Below, in pieces: positions 17,589 to 26,814 of a stretch of DNA of 64,000 bases (position 1 is its first letter; each line of letters opens with the position of its first letter). Both the position numbers and the translations under genes were made by a program. The DNA is from Sinomicrobium sp. (GTDB taxonomy: Bacteria > Bacteroidota > Bacteroidia > Flavobacteriales > Flavobacteriaceae). Where the stretch lies: positions 20,777 to 84,776 of the forward strand of contig JAJUFH010000009.1 in NCBI GenBank assembly GCA_029266035.1, in the 5' to 3' direction. The notes beneath the pieces were generated by a model. The model saw nothing but the letters and a program-made list of their open reading frames with translations. It did no database searches and was not told where the DNA came from.

Positions 17589-18560
17589 TTAGTTGTTAAT
17601 TGCCTGAATGCCCTCTATAATCCTTTTCATGTCGAGATCCTGCATAAAATCTTCGTACATGGGTTTTACCTTATCTCGAAAAACTTCTTTTTCCGGATAG
17701 ATAACCTCCACCCCTTTTTTCTTTATCTCTTCCAGAGCATATGCTGAGGCTTCTTTCCACAGTTTCTTTTCGTATACAGCCGATTCTTGAGCAGCTTCTG
17801 TAACCCACTTTTTTTCCTGTTCGTCCAACTGATTCCAGATAGTAGTGCTCATCATAAGTACGTCGGGAATGGATGTGTGTTCGTCTACAATAAAGTACTT
17901 ACACACCTCGTAGTGATAAGACAGATAAAAGCTGGGCAGGTTGTTTTCCGCACCGTCTACTATGCCTTGTTGCAGAGCAGTGTAGAGTTCGCCCCAGGCT
18001 ATAGGCGTAGGTGCCCCCCCCAAACTCTTCATCATATCTACGGCTGTCTGACTTTCCATAACACGTATTTTAAGTCCTTTGAGATCGTCGGGAGTGTGCA
18101 CAGGTGTTTGGGTGTAGAAACTTCTGCTTCCGGCATCGTAAAAGGTGAGTCCCTTTAAGCGTTTGGGAACGCTGGCATTTAGCAGCTCTTTCCCTATTTC
18201 ACTGTCAAATACTGCAAAGCGGTGTTCCTCATCACGAAAGAGAAAGGGCAAGCTAAACACCCTCATGCTGGGCACAAAATTTTCCAGTGCACCTGCAGAC
18301 ACCTTGGTCATACTAAGACTGCCTATTTGCAGCAGTTCTAACAACTCTCGTTCCGATCCTAATTGCTGACTCGGATAAATCTCTACACTGAGCTTTCCCC
18401 CCGATTTTTCCTCTAATCGGTCTGCCATAAACTGCATCGCTTTATGTACGGGATGCGACACGTCTAATCCGTGTCCGAGTTTTAAGACTTTGTGATCCTT
18501 GTCAGACTTACAGGAAAAAGTAAGCAACACCACAAAAAACAAAAATATAGGGTATCTCAT
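17589..18560 (-). CDS. dctP: TRAP transporter substrate-binding protein (DctP family)
   Basis: The protein is 323 aa with a signal peptide/lipobox LTFSC. DctP-like motifs are present (LKLGHG...HP, GLKIRV, VDGAENN). Confidence 0.82.
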   Translation of the reverse strand: MRYPIFLFFVVLLTFSCKSDKDHKVLKLGHGLDVSHPVHKAMQFMADRLEEKSGGKLSVEIYPSQQLGSERELLELLQIGSLSMTKVSAGALENFVPSMRVFSLPFLFRDEEHRFAVFDSEIGKELLNASVPKRLKGLTFYDAGSRSFYTQTPVHTPDDLKGLKIRVMESQTAVDMMKSLGGAPTPIAWGELYTALQQGIVDGAENNLPSFYLSYHYEVCKYFIVDEHTSIPDVLMMSTTIWNQLDEQEKKWVTEAAQESAVYEKKLWKEASAYALEEIKKKGVEVIYPEKEVFRDKVKPMYEDFMQDLDMKRIIEGIQAINN

Positions 18561-18566
18561 ACAGTT

Positions 18567-19238
18567 CTATTTTCTAAGATTGGCAATAATATCCATCACT
18601 TCACTCACTTTGGCGGTCACTGCTTGCCAATTGTAATTTCCGTCGGAGTCAGTTACAAACAGCTTTCCTCCCATTCCCACACAGTGCACTCCTGCATCGA
18701 ACCAAGCTTTAAGTGCTTCTCTTTCGGGTCTTATTCCACCCGTAGGCATTATACTAACCCAAGGCATAGGTCCCTTTACCGCCTTTACAAAGCCGGGGCC
18801 TCCTACCTGAGTTGCTGGGAATATCTTGACGACTTCCGCTCCCAGTTCTTCCGCATAACCGATCTCTGAAGCCGAGCCACAACCCGGTATCCAAGCTACT
18901 TTGCGACGATTACAGCAATGGGCCATATCAGAATTGACCAAGGGTGAGACGACAAAGTCTGCCCCCAATTGAAGGTAAAGCGATGTGGTTCCGGCATCTA
19001 CAACAGAGCCTACACCGAGTATCATACCCGGAAGTGTTTGGTTTACAAACTCCTTGAGTTCTCTAAACACCTCATGAGCAAGGTCACCTCTGTTGGTAAA
19101 TTCAAACACTCTTACCCCTCCGTCGTAGCAAGCCTGGATTATCTTTTTACATATTTCCGGATCAGGATGATAGAACACAGGAACCATCCCTCCCGATTTC
19201 ATAGTCAAGACCACATCTATTCTTGAATAACTCGCCAT
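18567..19238 (-). CDS. eda: KDPG / 4-hydroxy-2-oxoglutarate aldolase
   Basis: The 223 aa class I aldolase pattern is present (VFEFTNRG ... VKIFPA ... PTGG). It lies adjacent to kdgK. Confidence 0.8.
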   Translation of the reverse strand: MASYSRIDVVLTMKSGGMVPVFYHPDPEICKKIIQACYDGGVRVFEFTNRGDLAHEVFRELKEFVNQTLPGMILGVGSVVDAGTTSLYLQLGADFVVSPLVNSDMAHCCNRRKVAWIPGCGSASEIGYAEELGAEVVKIFPATQVGGPGFVKAVKGPMPWVSIMPTGGIRPEREALKAWFDAGVHCVGMGGKLFVTDSDGNYNWQAVTAKVSEVMDIIANLRK

Positions 19239-19303
19239 TTTTTACAATTTTTTACGTTGATTTCAATCATTTAAACCCTCTATCTATCACTTACCAACAC
19301 TCT

Positions 19304-20326
19304 TCACCTCTTTATTCTCCCCCCTGTATCGCCCTGCATCACCTCGAGCACCTCTTCTACACTGACCAGGTTGGAATCGCCGGGAATAGTGTGTTTCAAA
19401 GCACAAGCCGCATTGGCATAGCTCAAGGTATCTCTGTCGTCAAAATGAATGAGTCCGTATATCACCCCGGCTGCAAAGGCATCGCCCGTTCCTATGCGAT
19501 CTACCACCTGCGATATTTCGAGTTCCTCACTCAAAATATACTCACTACCAGTCCAAGCTTGTCCATAAACTTTCTGCCAACTAGCACTAAGTCCGGTTCT
19601 TACCTTGTCAAAAACCTTAGTGATATTCGGACAATCGCTCTGCAAACGCTTACAAGCACTTATAAAACCATCTTTCGAGTGGTCGAAATCGGTTCCCAGC
19701 ACTTCGTTTATTTCGTTAACTCCTCCTATTAGTATATGAGAATAGTGCATCAATTCTTTCAGCACCTCAGTACCTTTTCGTCCGTATTGCCACAAATTGC
19801 TCCGGTATGCCGGATCGGCAGTCACGGTAACTCCGAGTTGATTGGCAACTTCCAGCCCTTTTCTGAGCGTTTGATATGCCCCTTCAGATATCGCCGGAGA
19901 AATACCAGTCCAATGTAAATAATCTGCATCCATGAGTGCCCTCTCCCAATCTACCATATCAGGACGAATATGAGCAAAGGCTCCGTGTAGTCTGTTGTAA
20001 GCTATACGGCTAGCTCTCATACCCGATCCTGTTTCCATAAAATAAAGTCCTAAAGGATGTGGTACCCTGTTTACTTTTGACACATCTATACCGTGACTTC
20101 TCATCACCGAGATAGCGGCATCGCCCACCAGATCGTCGGAAACATTAGTAATTTGCTGCGTATACAACCCAAAATGAGAGAGTGATACCGCCACATTCAT
20201 TTCAGTCCCTCCGAAATAGTATTCTAAGGTATCAGACTGTACTAGTTTGCGATAATCTGGAGGTGATAAGCGCATCAGCACCTCTCCGAAAGTGACAATT
20301 TTAATTGGATTTTTCATTTGCATCAC
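19304..20326 (-). CDS. kdgK: 2-dehydro-3-deoxygluconokinase (PfkB family)
   Basis: PfkB signatures FGEVLMRLSP and DRIGTGDAFAAG (the anion-hole/catalytic Asp region) are present. The start could be Met1 or Met4. Confidence 0.85.
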   Translation of the reverse strand: MMQMKNPIKIVTFGEVLMRLSPPDYRKLVQSDTLEYYFGGTEMNVAVSLSHFGLYTQQITNVSDDLVGDAAISVMRSHGIDVSKVNRVPHPLGLYFMETGSGMRASRIAYNRLHGAFAHIRPDMVDWERALMDADYLHWTGISPAISEGAYQTLRKGLEVANQLGVTVTADPAYRSNLWQYGRKGTEVLKELMHYSHILIGGVNEINEVLGTDFDHSKDGFISACKRLQSDCPNITKVFDKVRTGLSASWQKVYGQAWTGSEYILSEELEISQVVDRIGTGDAFAAGVIYGLIHFDDRDTLSYANAACALKHTIPGDSNLVSVEEVLEVMQGDTGGRIKR

Positions 20327-20340
20327 AGTGTCAGCTCTAT

Positions 20341-21123
20341 CTATTCTCCAGCCGGTTTTCCAATAGTAGCTAGGATTCCCCCATCTACGTACACCACCTG
20401 TCCATTTACAAAATTGCTGGCTCCGGAAGCCAGATAAATGGCCGTTCCTGCCAATTCGTCGGGTTCACCCCAACGCCCTTCAGGAGTGCGGTTGATAATG
20501 AATTCGTTAAACGGATTTCCGTCTACCCGTATAGGTTCGGTTTGTGAAGTAGCAAAATAGCCCGGCCCTATACCGTTTACCTGAATATTGTATCGGGCCC
20601 ATTCGGTAGCGAGGTTTTTGGTCAGCATTTTCAGTCCGCCTTTAGCGGCGGCATAGGCACTTACATTATCGCGTCCCAATTCACTCATCATACTACACAT
20701 ATTGATAATCTTTCCCGATCTTCTCTTTATCATATCGCGAGCCACCAATTTCGACATGATAAAGGGTCCTACGAGATCTACGTCTATCACTTTCCGGAAA
20801 TCGGCTACTTCCATATCTACAGCCATTTGCCTTGCAATAATCCCGGCATTATTGACCAGAATATCGATTTTTCCGTGCTTTTCAAGCATAACATTTACAG
20901 CCTTTTCCGCTCCTTCCTCATCGGTTACATCGAATAGATAGGGAGTGGCCTTATATCCTTTTTCTCTGTACTGCGTTATGGCGGCATCCATTTTTTTGGG
21001 CGTGGTACCCGTAATTATCAACTCAGCACCTACCGAAGCCAGTCCGTTGGCAATAGCCATTCCGAGACCGTGAGTACCTCCAGTAATAAGAGCTGTTTTC
21101 CCAGTCAGATCAAACAAATTCAT
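20341..21123 (-). CDS. kduD: 2-dehydro-3-deoxy-D-gluconate 5-dehydrogenase (SDR)
   Basis: The SDR motifs TGGTHGLG, NNAG and YAAAKGG are present. It is adjacent to kduI. Confidence 0.8.
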   Translation of the reverse strand: MNLFDLTGKTALITGGTHGLGMAIANGLASVGAELIITGTTPKKMDAAITQYREKGYKATPYLFDVTDEEGAEKAVNVMLEKHGKIDILVNNAGIIARQMAVDMEVADFRKVIDVDLVGPFIMSKLVARDMIKRRSGKIINMCSMMSELGRDNVSAYAAAKGGLKMLTKNLATEWARYNIQVNGIGPGYFATSQTEPIRVDGNPFNEFIINRTPEGRWGEPDELAGTAIYLASGASNFVNGQVVYVDGGILATIGKPAGE

Positions 21124-21148
21124 AGTATTAAGCTTTTGTAATTTTATA

Positions 21149-21985
21149 TTATTTCAGCGCATCAGGGGCAACTCCGTCCATATCTCCGTAGTCGAGATTT
21201 TCACCGGCCATACCCCAGATAAAAGTGTAATTGCTCGTCCCAGCACCAGCGTGAATAGACCATTCAGGAGAGATTACAGCTTGGTGATTTTTCATAAAAA
21301 TATGACGCGTCTGCTCCGGTTGTCCCATAAAATGGCTGATGGTTTGTCCCTCTTCTAGGTCGAAGTAAAAGTAGACTTCCATACGGCGTTCATGCGTATG
21401 TGCAGGCATGGTGTTCCACACGCTTCCCTCCTTGAGCTCCGTCATTCCCATCTGCAACTGACAGGTTTGGACAACACTGTTTACCAACAGCTTGTTTATG
21501 GTGCGTTTGTTAGAGTATTTACCATCGCCCAATTCGACAATCTCTGCCTCTTTACGGGTCACCTTTTTCGTAGGATAACTGGTATGTGCAGGAGCCGAAT
21601 TGATGTAGAAATATGGCTGCTCTCCTCCTTCCGCTTCAAATACCACTTCCTTGTGACCTCTGCCCACATAAAGCGCTTCTTTATGATTCAGTTCATAGAC
21701 TTCTCCGTCTACAGTAATCTTTCCTTTCCCGCCTACGTTGATCACTCCCAGTTCTCTTCGCTCTAGGAAGTAGTCAGCTTTAAGCTCTTCTATGGTTTCC
21801 AATTTTAAAGCTTTTTCCACTGGAAATGCACCACCAGCAATATAGCGGTCGTACATGGTATAGGTAAGTCGTATCTCGTCTTTTACAAACAGTTTTTCAA
21901 TCAGAAAATGTTCTCTTAATTCTTCCGTCGTATATCTCTTTACATCCTCAGGATGATGTGCATACCTGAATTCTGAATACGTCAT
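21149..21985 (-). CDS. kduI: 5-dehydro-4-deoxy-D-glucuronate isomerase
   Basis: This is a 278 aa cupin, beginning with an [16 protein letters not shown]-type N-terminus. It also carries [16 protein letters not shown] metal-binding residues, characteristic of KduI. Confidence 0.88.
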   Translation of the reverse strand: MTYSEFRYAHHPEDVKRYTTEELREHFLIEKLFVKDEIRLTYTMYDRYIAGGAFPVEKALKLETIEELKADYFLERRELGVINVGGKGKITVDGEVYELNHKEALYVGRGHKEVVFEAEGGEQPYFYINSAPAHTSYPTKKVTRKEAEIVELGDGKYSNKRTINKLLVNSVVQTCQLQMGMTELKEGSVWNTMPAHTHERRMEVYFYFDLEEGQTISHFMGQPEQTRHIFMKNHQAVISPEWSIHAGAGTSNYTFIWGMAGENLDYGDMDGVAPDALK

Positions 21986-22110
21986 AATCTCTTTTTTTAA
22001 TTTTATAATTGATTGTTTTTATTTTTTATCAGTATAGATCGGTGGTTTAAGTATCGCTTTAATCTCGCATATTACCCTTAGTGTATATACAATTTTGGCA
22101 TCTCATATTT

Positions 22111-23703
22111 CTACTTTAACTCCAACTGTTCTATAGTGCCGTAATCTTTTCCTCTTACCGCTTCAAAATCGGCTATCATCTCTTTCAGTTTTTCCGGTTC
22201 TTGCTCAGCGAGATTATGCTGCTGAGCTTTGTCGTTGTTCATATTGTACAGTTGAAATTCGTCGGCATTACCCAATTCTATATTTACCATTTCGTTTAGG
22301 GTTGGTCCTTTATAAGGAGGAATCATTATCCAATCGCCCTTTCTAAAGGCAGTTCTCGTAGTAGCTTCGAGTACCAGAGATTCCCTGCCCTGTTCACCTT
22401 TCCCCAACAAGACATCCAACATCTCTTCACTATCAGTACTGTTTTCCTGTGTTCCCGCCAATTTGGCTAATGAGGCCAGTAAATCTATCTGACAGACAAG
22501 AGCATCGGAAACACGAGGATCGATTTTACCTTTCCAATAGGTAATAAACGGCACTCTCATACCAGCGTCAAACAAGCTGTACTTACCGCCTCTGAGACCT
22601 CCATTAGGATCGTGTCCTTTTTTTAATTCTACAGCACCATCATCATAACCGTCGTTTAGAACCGGACCATTATCACTGCTAAAAATTACCAAGGTATTTT
22701 CAAGAACACCTTCCTCTTCCAAGGTTTTCATAAACTCTCCCACCACCCAATCGGCTTCGAGAATAACATCTCCACGTGGTCCGAGACCAGATTTTCCGGC
22801 AAAGCGGGGATGCGGCGTTCTGGGTACATGTGGCTGTTGCAGGGTATAGTGCAAAAAGAAGGGATCCTGTTTATGATCTTTCACATACTGCTTTGCCTTT
22901 TTCAGAAAATGATCGGCCATCTCCTCGTCTTTCCAGCGTGCGGCTTCCCCTCCTTTCATAAAACCTATTCTCGGAATACCGTTTATTATACTGTTGTTGT
23001 GGCCGTGATGCCATTTCATTTTCAACATTTCCGGATGTGTGAGTGCTGTGGGTTCTCCTTCAAAATTCTCTTCGTAATTCACCTCGATAGGATCGTCTGG
23101 ATCAAGTCCGACTACATCGCCATTTTCAATATAAACTGTAGGCACACGATCTTGGGTGGCAGCCATTACATAAGAGTAATCAAACCCCACCTCGTTAGGA
23201 CCTGGAGAGATATGTTCATTCCAATTTAGCTGTCCTTCTCCTAGCCCGAGATGCCATTTACCCACGATACCTGTAGCGTAGCCCTGTGATTTAAACATTT
23301 TGGGCAGGGTTTTCTGAGTGGTAGTAATCAGCAACGGGGCTGTTCCCGGAAGTATTTTAGCGCTCTTGTTGCGCCACGGATACGTACCCGTCAATATGGC
23401 ATATCTACTCGGGGTACAGGTAGCTGAGGTGGCGTATCCATTGGTAAAACGCACCCCTTCATCAGCAAGCCTGTCGATATTGGGAGTCGCGATCTCCGTA
23501 GCTCCGTAACAGCTGAGATCGCCGTATCCCAAGTCGTCGAGGTAAAAGATAACCACATTTGGAGGCTGCTGTGCCTCCTGGTGGGTTGCCACCTCTTTTT
23601 TCTTCTCTTTACAGGCTGTAAATACCAGTGTAAATGCCATGACAAGGAAGTACAATAATTCTGGCTTCCTCATCCAAAAAGCCTTTTTTCTTGCTGAAAT
23701 CAT
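22111..23703 (-). CDS. Cys-type sulfatase (arylsulfatase A-like, family S1)
   Basis: The motif LDDLGYGDLSCYG is followed by the SATCTPSRYAILTG formylglycine motif (C-x-P-x-R). An N-terminal signal/lipobox VFTAC is present. Confidence 0.88.
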   Translation of the reverse strand: MISARKKAFWMRKPELLYFLVMAFTLVFTACKEKKKEVATHQEAQQPPNVVIFYLDDLGYGDLSCYGATEIATPNIDRLADEGVRFTNGYATSATCTPSRYAILTGTYPWRNKSAKILPGTAPLLITTTQKTLPKMFKSQGYATGIVGKWHLGLGEGQLNWNEHISPGPNEVGFDYSYVMAATQDRVPTVYIENGDVVGLDPDDPIEVNYEENFEGEPTALTHPEMLKMKWHHGHNNSIINGIPRIGFMKGGEAARWKDEEMADHFLKKAKQYVKDHKQDPFFLHYTLQQPHVPRTPHPRFAGKSGLGPRGDVILEADWVVGEFMKTLEEEGVLENTLVIFSSDNGPVLNDGYDDGAVELKKGHDPNGGLRGGKYSLFDAGMRVPFITYWKGKIDPRVSDALVCQIDLLASLAKLAGTQENSTDSEEMLDVLLGKGEQGRESLVLEATTRTAFRKGDWIMIPPYKGPTLNEMVNIELGNADEFQLYNMNNDKAQQHNLAEQEPEKLKEMIADFEAVRGKDYGTIEQLELK

Positions 23704-23855
23704 AGTTGATTGTTTGTGTTTGTAATACTTCTAATTTAATTCTCGAAATCGTTTAAAAGCAATGAATTATAATTCTGATGACTTTACGATATCAGCAAGG
23801 TATCATTTTTATAGAACATATTTCTTTATATCTAGCTGTACAAACAATTAAGCCA

Positions 23856-25382
23856 TCAATTGTTAATCACCGGTGCCATGGCTGCGGTAGATGGCGTACC
23901 ACTAGTGATATATGGCCATCCCTCCTCATCCCACTGAATTTGGTCGAGCATCAACACCCGGCCGGAAGGATCGCTAGTGCGAACACCGTGATAGAGTATC
24001 CAATCATTTCCTGCATCGTCTTGAACGATTTCCGAACTGTGACCATTCCCCACAAAGCTTTCGTTTTTATCGATAACCAGCGTATAACCGTTAACCATCA
24101 TATCTGTTCCACTTCTATTAACATAAGGCCCTGCCAGATTCTCCGAACGCCCTACAACCAGCTGATAAGTACTGTTTATTCCTTCGCAACAAGAACCTAT
24201 GGAAGCAAACATATAGTAGTAATTATCCCTTTTGTGGATGTTCACCCCTTCAAACCAGGTACCTGCCACCTGTTGTTTCTCTGCACCTTCTTTAACCGAA
24301 AGCCCATCATCGTTCATCTCTATCATATAAATACCCCGAAAACTTCCCCAAAAAAGATATTTTTTACCGTTGTCTTCTACCAAGTTGGGATCGATTGAGT
24401 TCTGAACACCGATATCTTCACTCTGGAATAGTTTTCCGTGATCGGTAAAGGGTCCTTCCGGACTGTCGGAAGTAGCCACACCAATACCACAGGTCCATTC
24501 ACCACCCCATACCGACATGGAATAATACAATACATACTGCCCGTTGATAAACTGTATATCGGGAGCCCAAAGTCCGCCACCTGGCTCGAATGTAGGTCGG
24601 GTTTCATCGGTAAAAGCCGTACCGACCTGCTCCCACGACACCAGGTCTTTAGAGCGCATAATCGGAGTATTCCTAATATCTTCAGTAGCGTACAAATAGT
24701 ACATTCCGTCTTGAGCTCTGATCACCGTAGGGTCGGGCAAGCTTTGAGCTACAACCGGATTGGCGTACAAATCGTCGAGGTAAGTAAAAGTAACTACACT
24801 CGATGTCTTCTCACCAACTTTTACTTGTACATCCATAGAAATGCTTCCAGACAAATCAGGTGCATTGACCTGTATCAAGGTATCGGCCACTGAAAGCAAT
24901 TCTACATCCGCACCGCCAAAGGTCACTGTAGTATGTTCCGGCTTATTGCCAAAACCCGTACCCGATATTTTTACCAACTCGCCTATATGAGCATCTGTAA
25001 TCGACGCTATAGACGGCTGTGAAAAACCATAGGTAAAGTAGTATTGATTAGACAAAACACCTGCAACCTCCAACTGTATTTTAGCATATCCCGCTTCGTC
25101 TGTATCCGGTGGTACTACGGCTTCGATACGACCAGCTGAAAATGCGACAATCTCAGCCTCTTCTTCGTCAAACATCACTTTTATCGCTCCTTCGTCAGAT
25201 CCGAAGTTTACTCCGTTAATAATCACGTGATTGCCCGGCAAGGCTGTAGCAGGAGTAACCTTTCTAATACCGGCCATGGTACCGTTGTCTGTCACTTGAT
25301 TACCGTTGTCATCGTCCGAACAGCCCAAGAACAATGAGAACGCAAATAAAAAAATTAAAGGGGTTTTTAATTTTAATTTCAT
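23856..25382 (-). CDS. lipoprotein with two N-terminal IPT/TIG-like domains fused to a GH43 five-bladed propeller
   Basis: A lipobox FLGCSDDD is present. There are two ~85 aa Ig-like repeats (ALPGNHVIINGVNFG...; GELVKISGTGFG...). The GH43 hallmarks are DPTVIRAQDGMYYLYAT, WAPDIQFINGQYVLYYS and GNGHSSEI. Confidence 0.8.
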   Translation of the reverse strand: MKLKLKTPLIFLFAFSLFLGCSDDDNGNQVTDNGTMAGIRKVTPATALPGNHVIINGVNFGSDEGAIKVMFDEEEAEIVAFSAGRIEAVVPPDTDEAGYAKIQLEVAGVLSNQYYFTYGFSQPSIASITDAHIGELVKISGTGFGNKPEHTTVTFGGADVELLSVADTLIQVNAPDLSGSISMDVQVKVGEKTSSVVTFTYLDDLYANPVVAQSLPDPTVIRAQDGMYYLYATEDIRNTPIMRSKDLVSWEQVGTAFTDETRPTFEPGGGLWAPDIQFINGQYVLYYSMSVWGGEWTCGIGVATSDSPEGPFTDHGKLFQSEDIGVQNSIDPNLVEDNGKKYLFWGSFRGIYMIEMNDDGLSVKEGAEKQQVAGTWFEGVNIHKRDNYYYMFASIGSCCEGINSTYQLVVGRSENLAGPYVNRSGTDMMVNGYTLVIDKNESFVGNGHSSEIVQDDAGNDWILYHGVRTSDPSGRVLMLDQIQWDEEGWPYITSGTPSTAAMAPVINN

Positions 25383-25553
25383 AATGCAATCGTTTTTCGG
25401 TTTAGTTTATTAGTAATTATTATATACTGGTGACTTCGATACACCTAACACTCAGCTTCTTCACTCAGTCATTTTTGTTTTACCTTAACCCGCAAATTAC
25501 AAGCTATTCAAGACAACTGAATCTCAGCAAACAGTCGGAAAACATCTAAGCCC

Positions 25554-26801
25554 TTACTTATCTGCCTTAGCCATTTTCTCCCAAGCTGGTCTCCCTCCGC
25601 TTTCCAAGAGAAACTTTAGCGATTCTCTATGTGCTATAAGCTGAGCATCAATCAGCATTTCAGGGGTGTGTACCGCCGGCTCTCCGGCTAGGTTGGTACC
25701 CGAAAAACCGTGGCTTGGAGATTCTATGACAACACTTAGCGCCCCGCATAGCAAGTTTAATGCAGAACCCAGGTTGGTACCAAAAGACATTTTTACTTTG
25801 GAAGGATCTGCTTCGACAGACAGGTCTTCACTTCCCAGCAATTTATTATGTGCTAAACTCGTTTTGGTTTTTCGGTATAATTGATCAAATACCGGCTGAA
25901 GACCGGGTTCGCAAAATGGCCGATGCACCTGCATAAAGTAATTATTCTTCGGTACTCCTGTGTGCATATTCATAATAAGATCGGGTTTTTCTGCGGCTGC
26001 AATGTCAAACAACATACGCGTTTCCGGTTGAGGGGAACCCAAAAAATCGTCGTGCATAATATTGACTCCGGCATCGTTGGGATAGCCTCCAGCAAAGCCA
26101 AAATCATCAAATTTCATAGGGATATACTTCTTCACATCTGGCCATCCGATGATGGTTCCGTCTTTCTTGCCACCAGTATTTAAATATTCGTGAACGGTAA
26201 AAGAGTCAGGGGCTCCACCGCGGTTTGGTTCCATAATAATAGGAACGCGGGCGCGTCCGTCGGGATTTACCAGAGGTATTAAAACAATGCGTCCTATTTT
26301 TTCGGGTAATACAGCTAGTTCTGGCCAAGCTTTGCCTTTCAGATCCTTGCCAGTTTCGAATACTTCTATCAGATTGAGCATACCTACTATACCCTCCAGT
26401 TCAAAACCGTGCACTCCGGCTATACCCATATATACCAATTTGTCACTGTCTTCTCCGCGATAAACAGATATATCGGAAACAGCTGTTGATCCCGAAAAGG
26501 TAGTACTCCCTCCCCCTTTTCGCTTTGTCCCGTATGAAATCGAGATAATAGGACGACCTCCTGCAGAAGTTCCACATACCTCTACCTGCCCTTTCTTTAC
26601 TTTTTCTTTGGTGAAACGCTGAATATCGGATAAGGTACTCATCCAATAATCCGGTATCTGTTTTGCCTCGTCGAGATAGCCATCGGGCACATATTTGTAT
26701 TTATCTTCCTGAGCCGGGACTTCCTTGCAAGAAAAAAATACTGCAAAAATCACAAGTCCGAAAAGAAGAGATTTCGATGGAATACTTGTTTTATTGTTCA
26801 T
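25554..26801 (-). CDS. M14 carboxypeptidase-fold (or AstE/AspA-like deacylase-fold) lipoprotein
   Basis: A lipobox VFFSC is present. Putative Zn ligands lie in the order H-x-x-E (GVHGFELEG), then LVNPDGR, then a late His (NMHTG), which is the order seen in M14-clan enzymes. Confidence 0.5.
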   Translation of the reverse strand: MNNKTSIPSKSLLFGLVIFAVFFSCKEVPAQEDKYKYVPDGYLDEAKQIPDYWMSTLSDIQRFTKEKVKKGQVEVCGTSAGGRPIISISYGTKRKGGGSTTFSGSTAVSDISVYRGEDSDKLVYMGIAGVHGFELEGIVGMLNLIEVFETGKDLKGKAWPELAVLPEKIGRIVLIPLVNPDGRARVPIIMEPNRGGAPDSFTVHEYLNTGGKKDGTIIGWPDVKKYIPMKFDDFGFAGGYPNDAGVNIMHDDFLGSPQPETRMLFDIAAAEKPDLIMNMHTGVPKNNYFMQVHRPFCEPGLQPVFDQLYRKTKTSLAHNKLLGSEDLSVEADPSKVKMSFGTNLGSALNLLCGALSVVIESPSHGFSGTNLAGEPAVHTPEMLIDAQLIAHRESLKFLLESGGRPAWEKMAKADK

Positions 26802-26814
26802 TGTTTTATGATTT

